Below, piece after piece: positions 35,516-46,630 of a stretch of 64,000 bases of DNA. The stretch spans positions 62,001-126,000 of the forward strand of contig MCFE01000038.1 of the NCBI GenBank assembly GCA_002104905.1, written 5' to 3'. Source of the DNA: Basidiobolus meristosporus CBS 931.73. Taxonomy: Eukaryota; Fungi; Basidiobolomycota. Every line of letters starts with the position of its first letter. Position 1 is the stretch's first letter. The notes under the pieces are model-generated. The model worked only from the letters and a program-made list of their open reading frames with translations. It did no database searches and was not told the DNA's origin. The translations under genes and the position numbers were made by a program.

Positions 35516-38500
35516 TGTTGTAAAATTTGTAATTTCCACCTAAATATTCACCTAACTTAGTCACTTAGATCATTACCCTCAAATCCTAGAGAATACTGAC
35601 CAAATTCCTTGTCAGGATTTACTTAGAATATTTTCACCAAAATGCCAGGTACCCAGAACATGAAAATTCTCAAAGTTGTCCAAACAGCCCCAAACTTTGC
35701 ACACATGTTCTTGGGACCTTTCGTAACCTATTCTACGTGTTTGTAATGCCAAGACCAGGTAAAAGTATAAATACTACTTTTGCATTCAATAAATCATTAA
35801 GTGAAAACCACATAATATACTTGTTCTCCCAATCACTTCCAATATCTCCAAGACTCTTACAACAGGTTATGAGCCCCGAGCTGTCACTCTCTGCAATGTC
35901 TACTACTGCTATTACTGGAATTTTTCCCTCTGCTGAAAAGTTGGATGGATCTAACTACCAAGTGTGGAAGGTGAAGATGAAGATGCTGCTACAAGAAAGA
36001 GGCCTTTGGGATATTGTCATGGGAGAAGAATGCCCTCCTAAAAACGTGGGAGAGGAAGCCTTAAAGTACCAGAAGAAAGAACAAAGTGCCTTTAACTGCA
36101 TTTGCCTTAATGTCAAGGACAAATTGCTAATTCAATGCTCAAGAGCAAAAATGGCAAAGAATGCCTGGAAGGTATTAGAAGACACCTACCAGTCATGTTC
36201 AGCTGCCAAGAAAATGTATCTGAGAAGAAAATTCTTTACTACAAAGATGCTGCCAGGAGAAGAAATGAAAAATCTAATTAACAGAATTACCCTGCTGGTA
36301 GATGAGATGGAATCTGTGGGCGTACCAACTACTGATGAGGATGTGATAGTTACCATCCTGAATAGCCTGACAGACAAGTTTCAGGGCCTTGTATCAGCCC
36401 TAGAGTCCAGAACTGAAGATTTGACCTTAAATTATGTATATGGAAGGCTCCTGGATGAAGAATTAAGAAAATCAAGCACCAATAAGAAGGAAGAAGAAAA
36501 TGCTTTAATAAGCAATGATAACCAACAAAGGAGGTACCCAAGACCCTACAAAAGCAACAGCGACCTATTTTGCAACTACTGCAAAAGGAAAGGACACACA
36601 TCAGACCGGTGTTTCAAAAAGAGAGATTATCAGCAAAAGAAGCCTGAATATGGAAATGCTGCAACAACTGAAGATAGACTATTCATATCTGCACTAAATA
36701 TGACCACAAACAAGGATTCTCAGACGTGGTATATTGACTCTGGAGCTTCTCAACACTTTACACACCAAAAAGAACTTTTTACCCAATATCAAGAAATTCC
36801 AATTAAGAAGGTTTTCATGGGTGACGATAGAACACTTGATGCAGTGGGAGAAGGAACTATCCAAGTAAACCTTAGAAGCAGTGAAGGAAGCCATACACTG
36901 ACCTTTAAAGAAGTACTCTATGTACCAGAAATAGCCAAGAACCTACTCTCTGTAAGCAAGGCCACAGCAGAAGGACTCAGTTTCAGTTTTGACAATTCTG
37001 GATGCAGGATCACTGATCAAAATGGTGCTCATATTGCTTCGGGCATCAGAGATCAGAATCTATACAAGTTGACTTATATTCCATCATATCTGGAAGCCAA
37101 TATAAGTAACTTAAATGAAGAAACACCAATGCTTTGGCACAGGAGATTTGGACACATCAATTTTGATTATCTGCGTAAAATGATCAAAGATCAGCTAATT
37201 TCTGGAGTGAAAATTGATCCCCCAGCTAATTTGGAGCACTGTGAAGCCTGCATATATGGGAAACAAGCCAGACAACCGTTCAAGAGCTCTGGGTTAATCA
37301 AAACTAAGAAAAAATTAGATCTAATTCACTCAGATCTGTGTGGACCTATGCAAAATTTATCCTTAGGCGGGATGAAGTATCTAATCACTTTTATTGATGA
37401 TTATACAAGATACACATGGGTCTACTTCATGGAGAGAAAGGAAGAAGCTCTGTCTAAGCTCAGGGAGTTTAAAGCCATGGTGGAGGGAGAAACTGGTGAA
37501 AAAATCAAGAAAATACGCTCTGACAATGGTGGAGAATATACCTCAAAACTCTTCATCCACTTCTGCAAAATTCATGGGATAAAGCAAGAGACTACTGTAC
37601 CATACTCCCCACAGCAAAATGGAGTAGCAGAACAAGCTAACAGATCAATAATTGATATGGCAAGATCTATGATCCATGATCAAAAATTATCCTATGATTT
37701 TTGGGCGGAATCAGTTGCCACTGCTGTATATCTTAAAAATAGGAGTTATAACAGAATACTTCGTGATTATACTCCATTTGAAGCATGGTATGGATACAGA
37801 CCAAGTGCAGAACATCTAAGAATATTTGGGTGTACAGCATATGCCAAAAAACTGGCCGGAAATCAGTCAAAATTTGAGCCAAAAAGTGTAAAATGCATAT
37901 TTTTGGGCTACTGCAATGAGAGTAAGGCATACAGACTCTACAATACCGAAGCAAAGAAGCTGATCAAGTCCAGGGATGTGTTGTTTGATGAAAATTCAAA
38001 ATTTTCACAAAAAATGACATCAGATGATGACGAAAATTTGATCTCAAGTCCACCAATTGTCAGGATTGAATCAGAGCAAAACAATGAAAATTTTTTCACT
38101 CCAGAGGACTCTACAACCGTGGTTCAGCCAGAATCAGTGCCCAGGAATATCCCAGAAGTGATCATTCCAGTATTAAATGCCCGGAGATCCAATCGGACAA
38201 GAAATAGCCCAAATTACTATATCAATGAGGGTACAAACTTAGCCTATGCCTATTCAGTCCATATTGATGAGCCCCAGACTGTAAAAGAGGCCCTAAATAG
38301 CCCTCTGACAAAGTTTTGGAGATCTGCAATGACTGAGGAATATCAGGCCCTGATGGAAAATCAAACTTGGGACTTAGTCAAATTACCAATCAACCAAAAA
38401 TCAATTGGATGCAGATGGGTCTTTAAGACAAAATACAAGGCTGATGGTACAATTGAAAGATACAAAGCAAGACTTGTAGCCAAAGGATACTCTCAAAGAA

Positions 38501-40199
38501 AAGGACTTGACTATACTGAGACCTTTGCACCGGTAGCCAAGTTTAATTCCATCAGATTAATATTGGCTATTGCAGCCAAATATAAGTTTTTATTCATCAA
38601 ATGGATGTAAAAACTGCATTTTTGAATGGAGAACTTGATGAGGACGTGTATATGGACCAGCCTGATGGGTTTGTTGACCAAAATAACCCCCATTTGGTCT
38701 GCAAGCTTAAAAAGTCACTATATGGTCTCAAACAATCACCAAGAGCCTGGAATTGCAAGATAGATTCTTATTTGGAATCTTTGAGTTTCAAAAGGAGTAA
38801 TGCTGACTAAAGTATATACTATAAGCCAGATAGAGCAAATCCAGTTCTATTAGCTCTATATGTGGATGATCTTATTATAGCCGCCAATAACCTAGAAACA
38901 TTGGAAGAGACTAAATCCAGCCTATCTAAGGAGTTCAAGATGTCCGATCTAGGAGAACTTAGTTACTACTTAGGGATTAAGTTCTCCATAGACAGAAGTA
39001 CCCAGACTATTACCCTAAGCCAATCCAAGTATATTCAAGATATACTAAAGAAGTACAAAATGGAAGACTGTAAACCGGCAGCTACCCCAATGGAGACAAA
39101 CCTTAACTTGGTCAAAACTCTACCAAATCAAAAGAGCTTGGTGCCATCTGAAAGCCCTGACTTTCCTTATCAATCTATGGTCGGCAGTCTGATGTATATC
39201 ATGCTTGGAACACGTCCAGATATCTCATATTCAGTGGGAGTTGTCAGCCAACATAATCAGAGCTATGGATCTGATCATATTGCAGCAGTTAAGCGGATTT
39301 TTAGATACCTAAAAGGAACTGCTGATATCTGCTTAAGATACACTTATAAGGACTCAGAACAAGATCTTGTGGGATACTCTGATGCAGATTGGGGACGAAA
39401 TTTAGAAGACAGAAGATCCACCACAGGATACACCTTTCTTTACTGTCAAGGAGCAATTTCATGGAATTCAAGAAAGCAACCAACCATAGAACTTTCTACC
39501 ACAGAGGCAGAGTATATGGCAGCCTGTGAAGCTACAAAAGAAGCAATGTGGCTAAGAAAGCTCTTTACGGATTTAGGCCTATGTCAAAAAACGCCTATTA
39601 CTTTATTTCAAGATAATCAAGGATGTATACAATTAGGTAGAAATCCAACTTTTCATGCTAGAACCAAGCACATAGATATTAGACATCATTTCATACGTGA
39701 AGCTATAGAGAATAACTTAGTTAGCTTAGTTTACTGTCCTACAGATGAAATGATTGCAGACATATTTACCAAACCATTAGCTAGAGACAAGCTTGAATAT
39801 CTTAGGTCAAAATTAGGACTAGTCAGTATGAACATTTAGCTGAGTGGGAGTGTTGTAAAGTTCGTAATTTCCACCTAAATATTCACCTAACTTAGTCACT
39901 TAGATCATTACCCTCAAATCCTAGAGAATACTGACCAAATTCCTTGTCAGGATTTACTTAGAATATTTTCACCAAAATGCCAGGTACCCAGAACATGAAA
40001 ATTCTCAAAGTTGTCCAAACAGCCCCAAACTTTGCACACATGTTCTTGGGACCTTCCTTAACCTATTCTACGTGTTTGTAATGCCAAGACCAGGTAAAAG
40101 TATAAATACCACTTTTACATTCAATAAATCATTAAGTGAAAACCACATAATCTACTTGTTCTCCCAATCACTTCCAATATCTCCAAGACTCTTACAACA
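35516..40199 (+). mobile_element. Full-length Ty1/copia LTR retrotransposon, 4684 bp, TSD GAAAC
   Basis: 349-bp LTRs at 35516-35864 and 39851-40199 (7 differences counted) with 8-bp terminal inverted repeats. PBS GGTTATGAGCCC at 35865-35876, PPT GAGTGGGAG at 39842-39850, GAAAC at 35511-35515 and 40200-40204. Confidence 0.98.
35896..39839 (+). pseudogene. Copia gag-pol with two lesions
   Basis: gag (KLDGSNYQVWKVKM), knuckle CNYCKRKGHTSDRC, protease WYIDSGAS, integrase (HSDLCGP, SDNGGEY), RT ([16 protein letters not shown]), RNase H (YSDADW, DNQG). A 1-nt frameshift lies in the T-run at ~38587-38591 and a TAA at 38808-38810. Confidence 0.95.
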
Positions 40200-40611
40200 G
40201 AAACAACTAATCCGCAACTTGCAGAAGAAACTTTGTATACTGCTGACTCAACAGCTGCAGAAAATATTCATGTGACATACAAAACAGTCACTGAACCAAT
40301 TCCTGAAGGTATAGACTATGGACCAATATATTCTCCTAAAGATGTACTAATTGAAAGGCAAATGTATTCTGCTAAACCACCTGCTTATACCACACCTTCA
40401 ACTACAACCCTAACTGCAACTCCAACTATGTCTCCAACTAGAAATCATCTAACTACTGCTGTAATAGAGCTCAGAGAAATATATAATTCATCAAATAGTG
40501 TAATTTTACTAATTAAAGATGATGCAATTCCTGTATTGTGGGAGACACTTAGGGCATATTATATGAGATATACAAAACCCTGAAGAAACTTCATGATAAA
40601 GTATTTTGTTG

Positions 40612-41683
40612 TAGGGCTCACCATGCCAAAATTGGCAATTTGATATTGTTGCATTTTTTGCACATATTTTTACGTATAAAAATTGCGTAATTTGTACATA
40701 CATTTTTTACTTAATACTTTGGCCCAAAAATTGTTGCCATTGATCATAGCAATTAATTATATTTTTTGTTGAATTTGCAACCATTTTTTATTTATTTTTT
40801 TGTTTGCATACTTGCAATATTCATAACATGCTGGTTTAGCTTAAAATAGCTTTCAGACTTGAAAAGAATTTTAAACCCAAAAGGTTCTCCAGATAACAAA
40901 TCATATTAGGTTGAGTTTAGTTACAACAACTATAAGTACATATAATTTGACTTTAGCAATCTCCAGACTCAAAAAAATATTTTTGCCAAAAAGTTTTCCC
41001 AGATGCAAAACCATGTTGTGTTTGTATAATTGCAACAACTGTGGACACATTACACTTGATTTTAATTTTCCAAACTTGAAAAAATATTTTTGCCAAAAAG
41101 TTTTCCCAGATAATAAACCATCTTGTGTTTGTTTAATTGCACCAACTGTTTTCACAATTACTTTTTATTTTTTAAAAATCTTTTGAGCTTGAAAAAGTAT
41201 TTTTAAACCAAAAAGTTTCTCTGGATGATAAACTATTTTGAGCCTGTCCAATTGTGCCAATTGTTTCCACAATTACCTATATTAAAAATCTTTCAAGCTT
41301 GAAAATATTTCTTTAACCTAAAAAGTTCCCCAGTTAGCAAATAGTTTCATGTTGGTTTAATTGCAAAAATATATGTACTTTTTTTAATTCTAAACTTATC
41401 CTCAAGCTTGAAATTTTTTTCAACTGAAAAGTTTCACCCGATAATAAATTATTTTGTGTGATGTGTACTTGCAATAACTTTGACCCCAATTATTTTTAAA
41501 AATCTTTCAAGCTTGAAAAAATATTTTTGCAAGAAGTTTTCTCAAACAATATACCATTATGAGTTGCTCTATTTGCAATAACTATACGTACACCTTTTTT
41601 AATTCTAAACATTCTCTTGAGCTTGAAAAAATTTCTTTGTCCAAAACTTTCTCCACGTGACAAATTATTTTTAGTAAACCCTA
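40612..41683. mobile_element. Possible hAT-like non-autonomous element carrying an AT-rich minisatellite
   Basis: Left end TAGGGCTCACC; right end reverse complement TAGGGTTTACT (differences are C-to-T only). No 8-bp TSD found. Confidence 0.4.
40850..41660. repeat. AT-rich tandem repeat, ~109-bp period, ~8 diverged copies
   Basis: Anchor CTTGAAAA-like motif at about 40858, 40968, 41077, 41188, 41297, 41406, 41511 and 41621. Confidence 0.85.
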
Positions 41684-43235
41684 TTGTTTATTGTACCAAA
41701 CCTCCAGTACATACATCTATTCAGTGACATCATATACCACAAGCACCAACTGTTTGTTCCAGACCTTGATACCCAGTTGGAAATCATCCATTCTTGCCAT
41801 GATTCAATGGCTGCAGGACATTTTGGTACTGCCAAAACCATGAATGCAATCAAGAGAGACTTCTGGTGGCCCAAGATGATATCTCTTGTCAAGTCCAATC
41901 CTGTGATACATGTAATCATGTAAAATCTGCTAGACACCAGCCATATGGACTTCTCCAACCCTTTACAATCCCTGACCTGCAATGGAAGCCAATTTCAATG
42001 GACTTCATGACTAACCTCCCAGAATCCAACCAATTCAACTCAATCCTAGTAGTGGCTGATTGGCTCACTTCATTCCCTGCTCAAAGAACATAGATGCTAA
42101 GGAGACTGCCCACTTAGTAATCAAGAACATTTTCTGGCTCCATGGTATCCCCTGTGACATTGTATCAGATAGAGGACCCCAGTTCATATCAAAATTCTGG
42201 AAACACTTCATGCAATATCTTGGTGGGCAAGTCAAGCTCTCAACCACTTTTCATCCACAGTCAGATGGCCAGACAGAGAAAATTAACCAGATCCTTGAAC
42301 AATACCTCTGATGATATATTAACTATCAGCAAGACAACTGGACCCAACTGCTACCACTTGCAGAATTTGCCTACAACAACTCATGTCATAGTGCAACAGG
42401 TCTCACTCCATTCTATGCAAATTATGGTTTTCATCTGCAATTTGATATTCAGATCCCAAGCAACCCTATGAGCCCCCCAGCAGCTGAACATGCATCAACA
42501 ATTATAGAAATCCAAGAAACACTCAAGAAAGAACTATCCTTAGCCCATTAGGGGTACAAGAAGTTTGCAGACAACAAACAGCAGCCTAGCCCCAAGCTTA
42601 ATGAAGGAGATTCAGTATGGCTCTTGAGAAGAAACATTGCTACCAGCTGCCCTTGTTGCAAATTAGACTACAAGAAACCAGGTCCATTCAAGATCAAGAA
42701 GAAACTTAGTCCAATTGTATACCAACTACAGTTACCACCTAGTATGAAAATTCATGACACATTCCATGTATCCCTCCTAGAACCATTCCATGAAAGTACT
42801 CTACCCAACCAGCACCCAGCAAATCCCCCAGCCATCCAAGTGGACAAACACCAAGAGTTTGAAGCTCAGCAAGTGTTGGATTCAGAGTACATCAGATCCC
42901 AACTTCACTATCTGGTAGATTGGGTGGGTTACAGCCCAAATGATCAAACTTGGGAACCAGCAGCAAACCTAACAAACTGCCAAGATCTAGTTGCACTATT
43001 CCACCAGATATACCCCAACAAGCCAAAGCCAAAAGCTTGAGGAGAGCCCCTCAAAAGAGGAGAATAGTGCCATGATCACATGACATCCCTGGTCTCCAAT
43101 TATGTAGCCAAATCAAGTTAGTGAAGAAATCCCAGTTCCTTCTAGAAAGTTCTACTACATTATAGCAACTTCTTCAAAGCTCCAAGTCAACATTACACAA
43201 TGGAACATTCTATGGAAGCTTCCCATTAGAATTTA
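41684..43235 (+). mobile_element. Decayed Ty3/gypsy chromovirus 3' part: integrase, chromodomain, PPT, partial 3' LTR
   Basis: Zinc finger CHDS...GHFG...FWWP...CDTC, rve (VSDRGPQF, FHPQSDGQTE), chromodomain (YLVDWVGYSPNDQTWEP). PPT ~43053-43067 and LTR starting TG at 43068. Confidence 0.92.
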
Positions 43236-43249
43236 TGGCCATGATAAGA

Positions 43250-43612
43250 TTGTTAGAATGCCACTTAAATTCCATCATAGGACCACCAAAACACTGTTGA
43301 GTTTATTTACCTATTTAGCAGAGGAATCAGCAAAACACCATTACAATCCCATCATAAGATCATAAAGAGGGTCAATAATTCCAAGCTGCTTGCATTATAA
43401 TAGCCTTGTTGCAGGATCTTGACGGCAGATCTGGACTGGATCTACCTGCTAGACCAAACTATCTTTTATAGGGATACCATCAAGATCCTACTAGAACCTT
43501 CCTAAGAGGGCCCAGAACTCTGAGCTGCTGGCATTGTGATAGCCTCATTGCAGGATCTTGACAGCTCATCTGCATTGAATCCACCTGCAGGACCAGATTA
43601 TTCTTGATAGAG
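43250..43612 (+). repeat. Two tandem copies of the CACTA transposase-side subterminal repeat
   Basis: Matches 22000-22144, 30300-30469 and 11597-11900 (GATCTGGA..GGATCCACC...TTATTTTTCATAGGG). Confidence 0.7.
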
Positions 43613-43619
43613 TACTTTA

Positions 43620-43880
43620 AAGAGGCAACCTAGCACTTTCCACCATATAGGCTGAGTATATGGAAGCCTGTAAGGCCACAAAATGAATAGTTCAACTGGG
43701 AAAGCACTTTAAAGATGTTGATCTATATCAAAAGTACCCTATTACCATATTTCAAGACAGTCAAGTATATATAAATTTGGCAGAAATGCAACTTTTCATG
43801 TATGAGCTAAACACATAAACATTAGAAATTGCATTACATAGGAAGCTGTAGAGAATAGCTTGGCTAACTGAGTATATTCC
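43620..43880 (+). pseudogene. Decayed copia RNase H fragment
   Basis: Colinear with 39480-39730 (AEYM...F.DSQ...KHI.I). Confidence 0.7.
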
Positions 43881-45649
43881 AAGTAGATCCCAACAAGAAA
43901 TTTGGGCAGAATTCACTAAGATTTGTAGACAATGATCTAAGTGACCAAGTTGGCTGAATATTTAGGGGTAATTATAAAATTTACTACAGCTAATACAAAT
44001 ATTTATTGAAGTGAGAATTTGGCTTGGAAACGCTTCAATTTTAGAACATTCAAGCAATGCGGAGCTGAAATAGCAGCTAAATGTAAGTGTTGAATATTGA
44101 AGTATAATCAGTTGTGGTTGCCTCGGTAGTTTCCCAAGCCTGGATGGCATATGGATCTAGGAGTTCCTTGCATTCTGTTAACCACAAGAGATTATGGATA
44201 ATGGCAGGCCTACCTTTGTAGATGCCATTTGTTGCTTCGTTCCTTCCTCCATAAAAAGTACAAAGTTCAGATGTCCGTAGTATATCGTTTTGGGTATGTA
44301 CGAGTCTAATGAGGTAGGATCATACAATGGCGGAAGGCTCCGTTTGAGAAATTCAAAAGTGCCACTACGAATTTTGCTGAAAATGGCCAATATATCACCG
44401 TAACGTGGACCGCACTTTGACCACAATTTAAAGTCTGATATGGTATAGGATTCATCAGGGGAGTCAGGGACTCGCATTGTTTAAGACCTCCTGTTTCAAA
44501 CGGGAGAACCTTTGTAAGGACGGGATCATTCAAAGGTGTGCTCGTTGTTAATGGTGAATAGACAAGCATTATGAGTGGGCAATCTTAATTAACACAACTC
44601 AGAAATCGATCCATTCCCTGCTGAGTTCACACATACCACCTTGGCTCAGATGATCATTGGCTTTTAAGTGGCGACGCTTATCTCATCACCAACTTCCAGT
44701 TGATGTCATGGGGATTTTCTAGTTGACATCACCATGGTGCCACTGAAACCAGACACCTTCATCGAGTCAACTCTGCCTGACAACATTAGTCGGCCTGTAA
44801 AAATCGCCAGACTGTCACCACATGTCATGGCCAATTTAATTTTATGCCCAGCCTTGTGTAATGCTGAACGGGTTCCTGAAACATCCAATCTAAATTCCAC
44901 ATTTCATCTCCGCACGAAAAATCTTGATCAGAGTATTGAATTGCGATCCATACACTAGAATAGGGGGCTGGGTGTAGAACTTCGATGGTATACGGCATCT
45001 GCCTGGTAGCAAAATCAGGTGGTAGCACCCCGGACATCCAAATTACTTTCAACTTGGAGAATAGTGGTATCGACAACATGAACGCATCTCAGCCTTCCTA
45101 TTTACCTGGGGGAAGTCGGAGCGGAGACAGAAACGGCTTTATGTCTGATGACCCTACTGTAATGTACGCCATGATGAATCGGCTGTGAAGTAATCATTAT
45201 ATACCGAGTTTCCCCAGAAAGCGTAAACCAGAATTTCATCTGTCTCAACCAGACATGAGCGTTAGGTTTCCAGTTACATAAAAGAGCCTGCCATTTTTGA
45301 TTCCCTGGGAACTTCGTACCATTCTTGCCACCTACGCCCTCGAAGTAGTCATGAGGATGCGGGCCAATGGATATTGGTATCGACAGGTAGTACAAGCATA
45401 TGCACCTGCTGCTGACCTTCAGTTACCAAGCACTTATCTAGTAGTGATGCTAATGTAGTGTAGTGCTGCTCCCTTTTTTTACAATGGCCGTTTTATCCGA
45501 TTTTTATATACAAGTTACATATGTGGGTTTCTAACGGTTTATAGACAAATGATGATATATTGCTATCAGTAACGAAATCAAGGAGTTTTGAATGGGCTAT
45601 GATACAGGTCGGCAGACTTCTAATAAGGTACTTATTGGAATGAAACTAC

Positions 45650-46630
45650 TTAGAGTGGCGAGAAGGTAGGCACTACGCTTGGTGTTGTTGGATTGAGAAT
45701 GAATGGTGAAACCAATAATCTCTCAGGGTCATTGATCAGCAACCTTGGGAGGCTTTGGTTAGATGGTGTGTTGTTGGAGAAAGTGGCGTGACCCAAAGAA
45801 GATCCCGGTCTGAGGCGACTTAGGAGTGATGCTCGTCGAACCGATTGTCTGCCTAACAAGGACTTGGCCTCTACTGAGGTGGAGTGTGTCAGGCTGGAGG
45901 ACCTCTGCTTGTTTCGACGCGAAGTGAAGCTCTCTTTGAACTGCATCATTCTTGATTTGCATTCAGACAGATACCCTTCGTCATTCATTTCAATGTAGCT
46001 TTGAGGCACACAGAACTCTTTGACTTGGGAATAGAAACTGCGGTATCCACCATCTAGGATGTATAGCTGAGGGAAGTATAGGTTTGGATAGTCCATGGAA
46101 TTCAACTCGCGATCTCTACTGCGCAAGTGCAGGGCCATCCTCGGGCCGCGCTGCGACGAATATTCACAATGGAATATGATCACCGTACGCTTATTGAAGT
46201 CGAAATTCTCTAGCAAATGGTTCTCTAATTCGTCTTTGGTGCTGAGGTTCACGGCACCTTCGATGTGACCCCCGGCGTATTCATATGGGAAACGACAATC
46301 AACGATGATCAGTTGATCATATGTAGGTTGGAATTCGCCGTGAAGAACACGCTGAAGCGTTTGTGGCGATATGCGTTTTAAGGTGTCTTCTTTGCTATCG
46401 AAGCATGGAATGGTGGTGAACTGTCCATGTATATCAAGTGCCGCTTGTTTACTAGTGTCGCCGAACAAAAACTCGTGGCGACCAAGGCACAAGCTTTGAG
46501 TTTTGCGCAACTTGTATGGTGGAGGCGGCAATGCGACATCAGACAACTCGCTGGATCGACGAATTTTTGTCAACATTTTGTTCAACGTGAACGAAATAGG
46601 CAAATGAACAGGTTGGATATACCTTGCCAT
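45650..46630 (-). CDS. cdc25: Cdc25/Mih1-type M-phase inducer phosphatase
   Basis: Rhodanese-fold Cdc25 motifs IVDCRFPYEYAGGHIEGA and HCEYSSQRGP (HCX5R), plus YPNLYFPQLYILDGGY. Likely ATG at 46630 with a 72-nt GT-AG intron 46622-46551. Upstream exons are not excluded. Confidence 0.93.
   Translation of the reverse strand: MARYIQPVHLPISFTLNKMLTKIRRSSELSDVALPPPPYKLRKTQSLCLGRHEFLFGDTSKQAALDIHGQFTTIPCFDSKEDTLKRISPQTLQRVLHGEFQPTYDQLIIVDCRFPYEYAGGHIEGAVNLSTKDELENHLLENFDFNKRTVIIFHCEYSSQRGPRMALHLRSRDRELNSMDYPNLYFPQLYILDGGYRSFYSQVKEFCVPQSYIEMNDEGYLSECKSRMMQFKESFTSRRNKQRSSSLTHSTSVEAKSLLGRQSVRRASLLSRLRPGSSLGHATFSNNTPSNQSLPRLLINDPERLLVSPFILNPTTPSVVPTFSPL

Noticed and set aside
35737-35895. Listed start of the 957-aa ORF, and the twin ORF at 40072
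   Set aside because: These codons lie in the LTR and PBS. The same peptide appears in the 3' LTR. Gag homology begins at the ATG at 35896.
24180-41660. 207-bp and 109-bp tandem repeats as possible CRISPR arrays
   Set aside because: The units are long and diverge along their whole length, there is no constant repeat with unique spacers, no cas genes, and the context is eukaryotic.
43461-43476. TTTTATAGGG-ATA as the right end of CACTA copy 0 (left flank ATA at 10952-10954)
   Set aside because: ATA also follows the inner subterminal repeat in copy 1 (11760), and a second repeat unit follows here. The right flank does not continue the host accessory gene.
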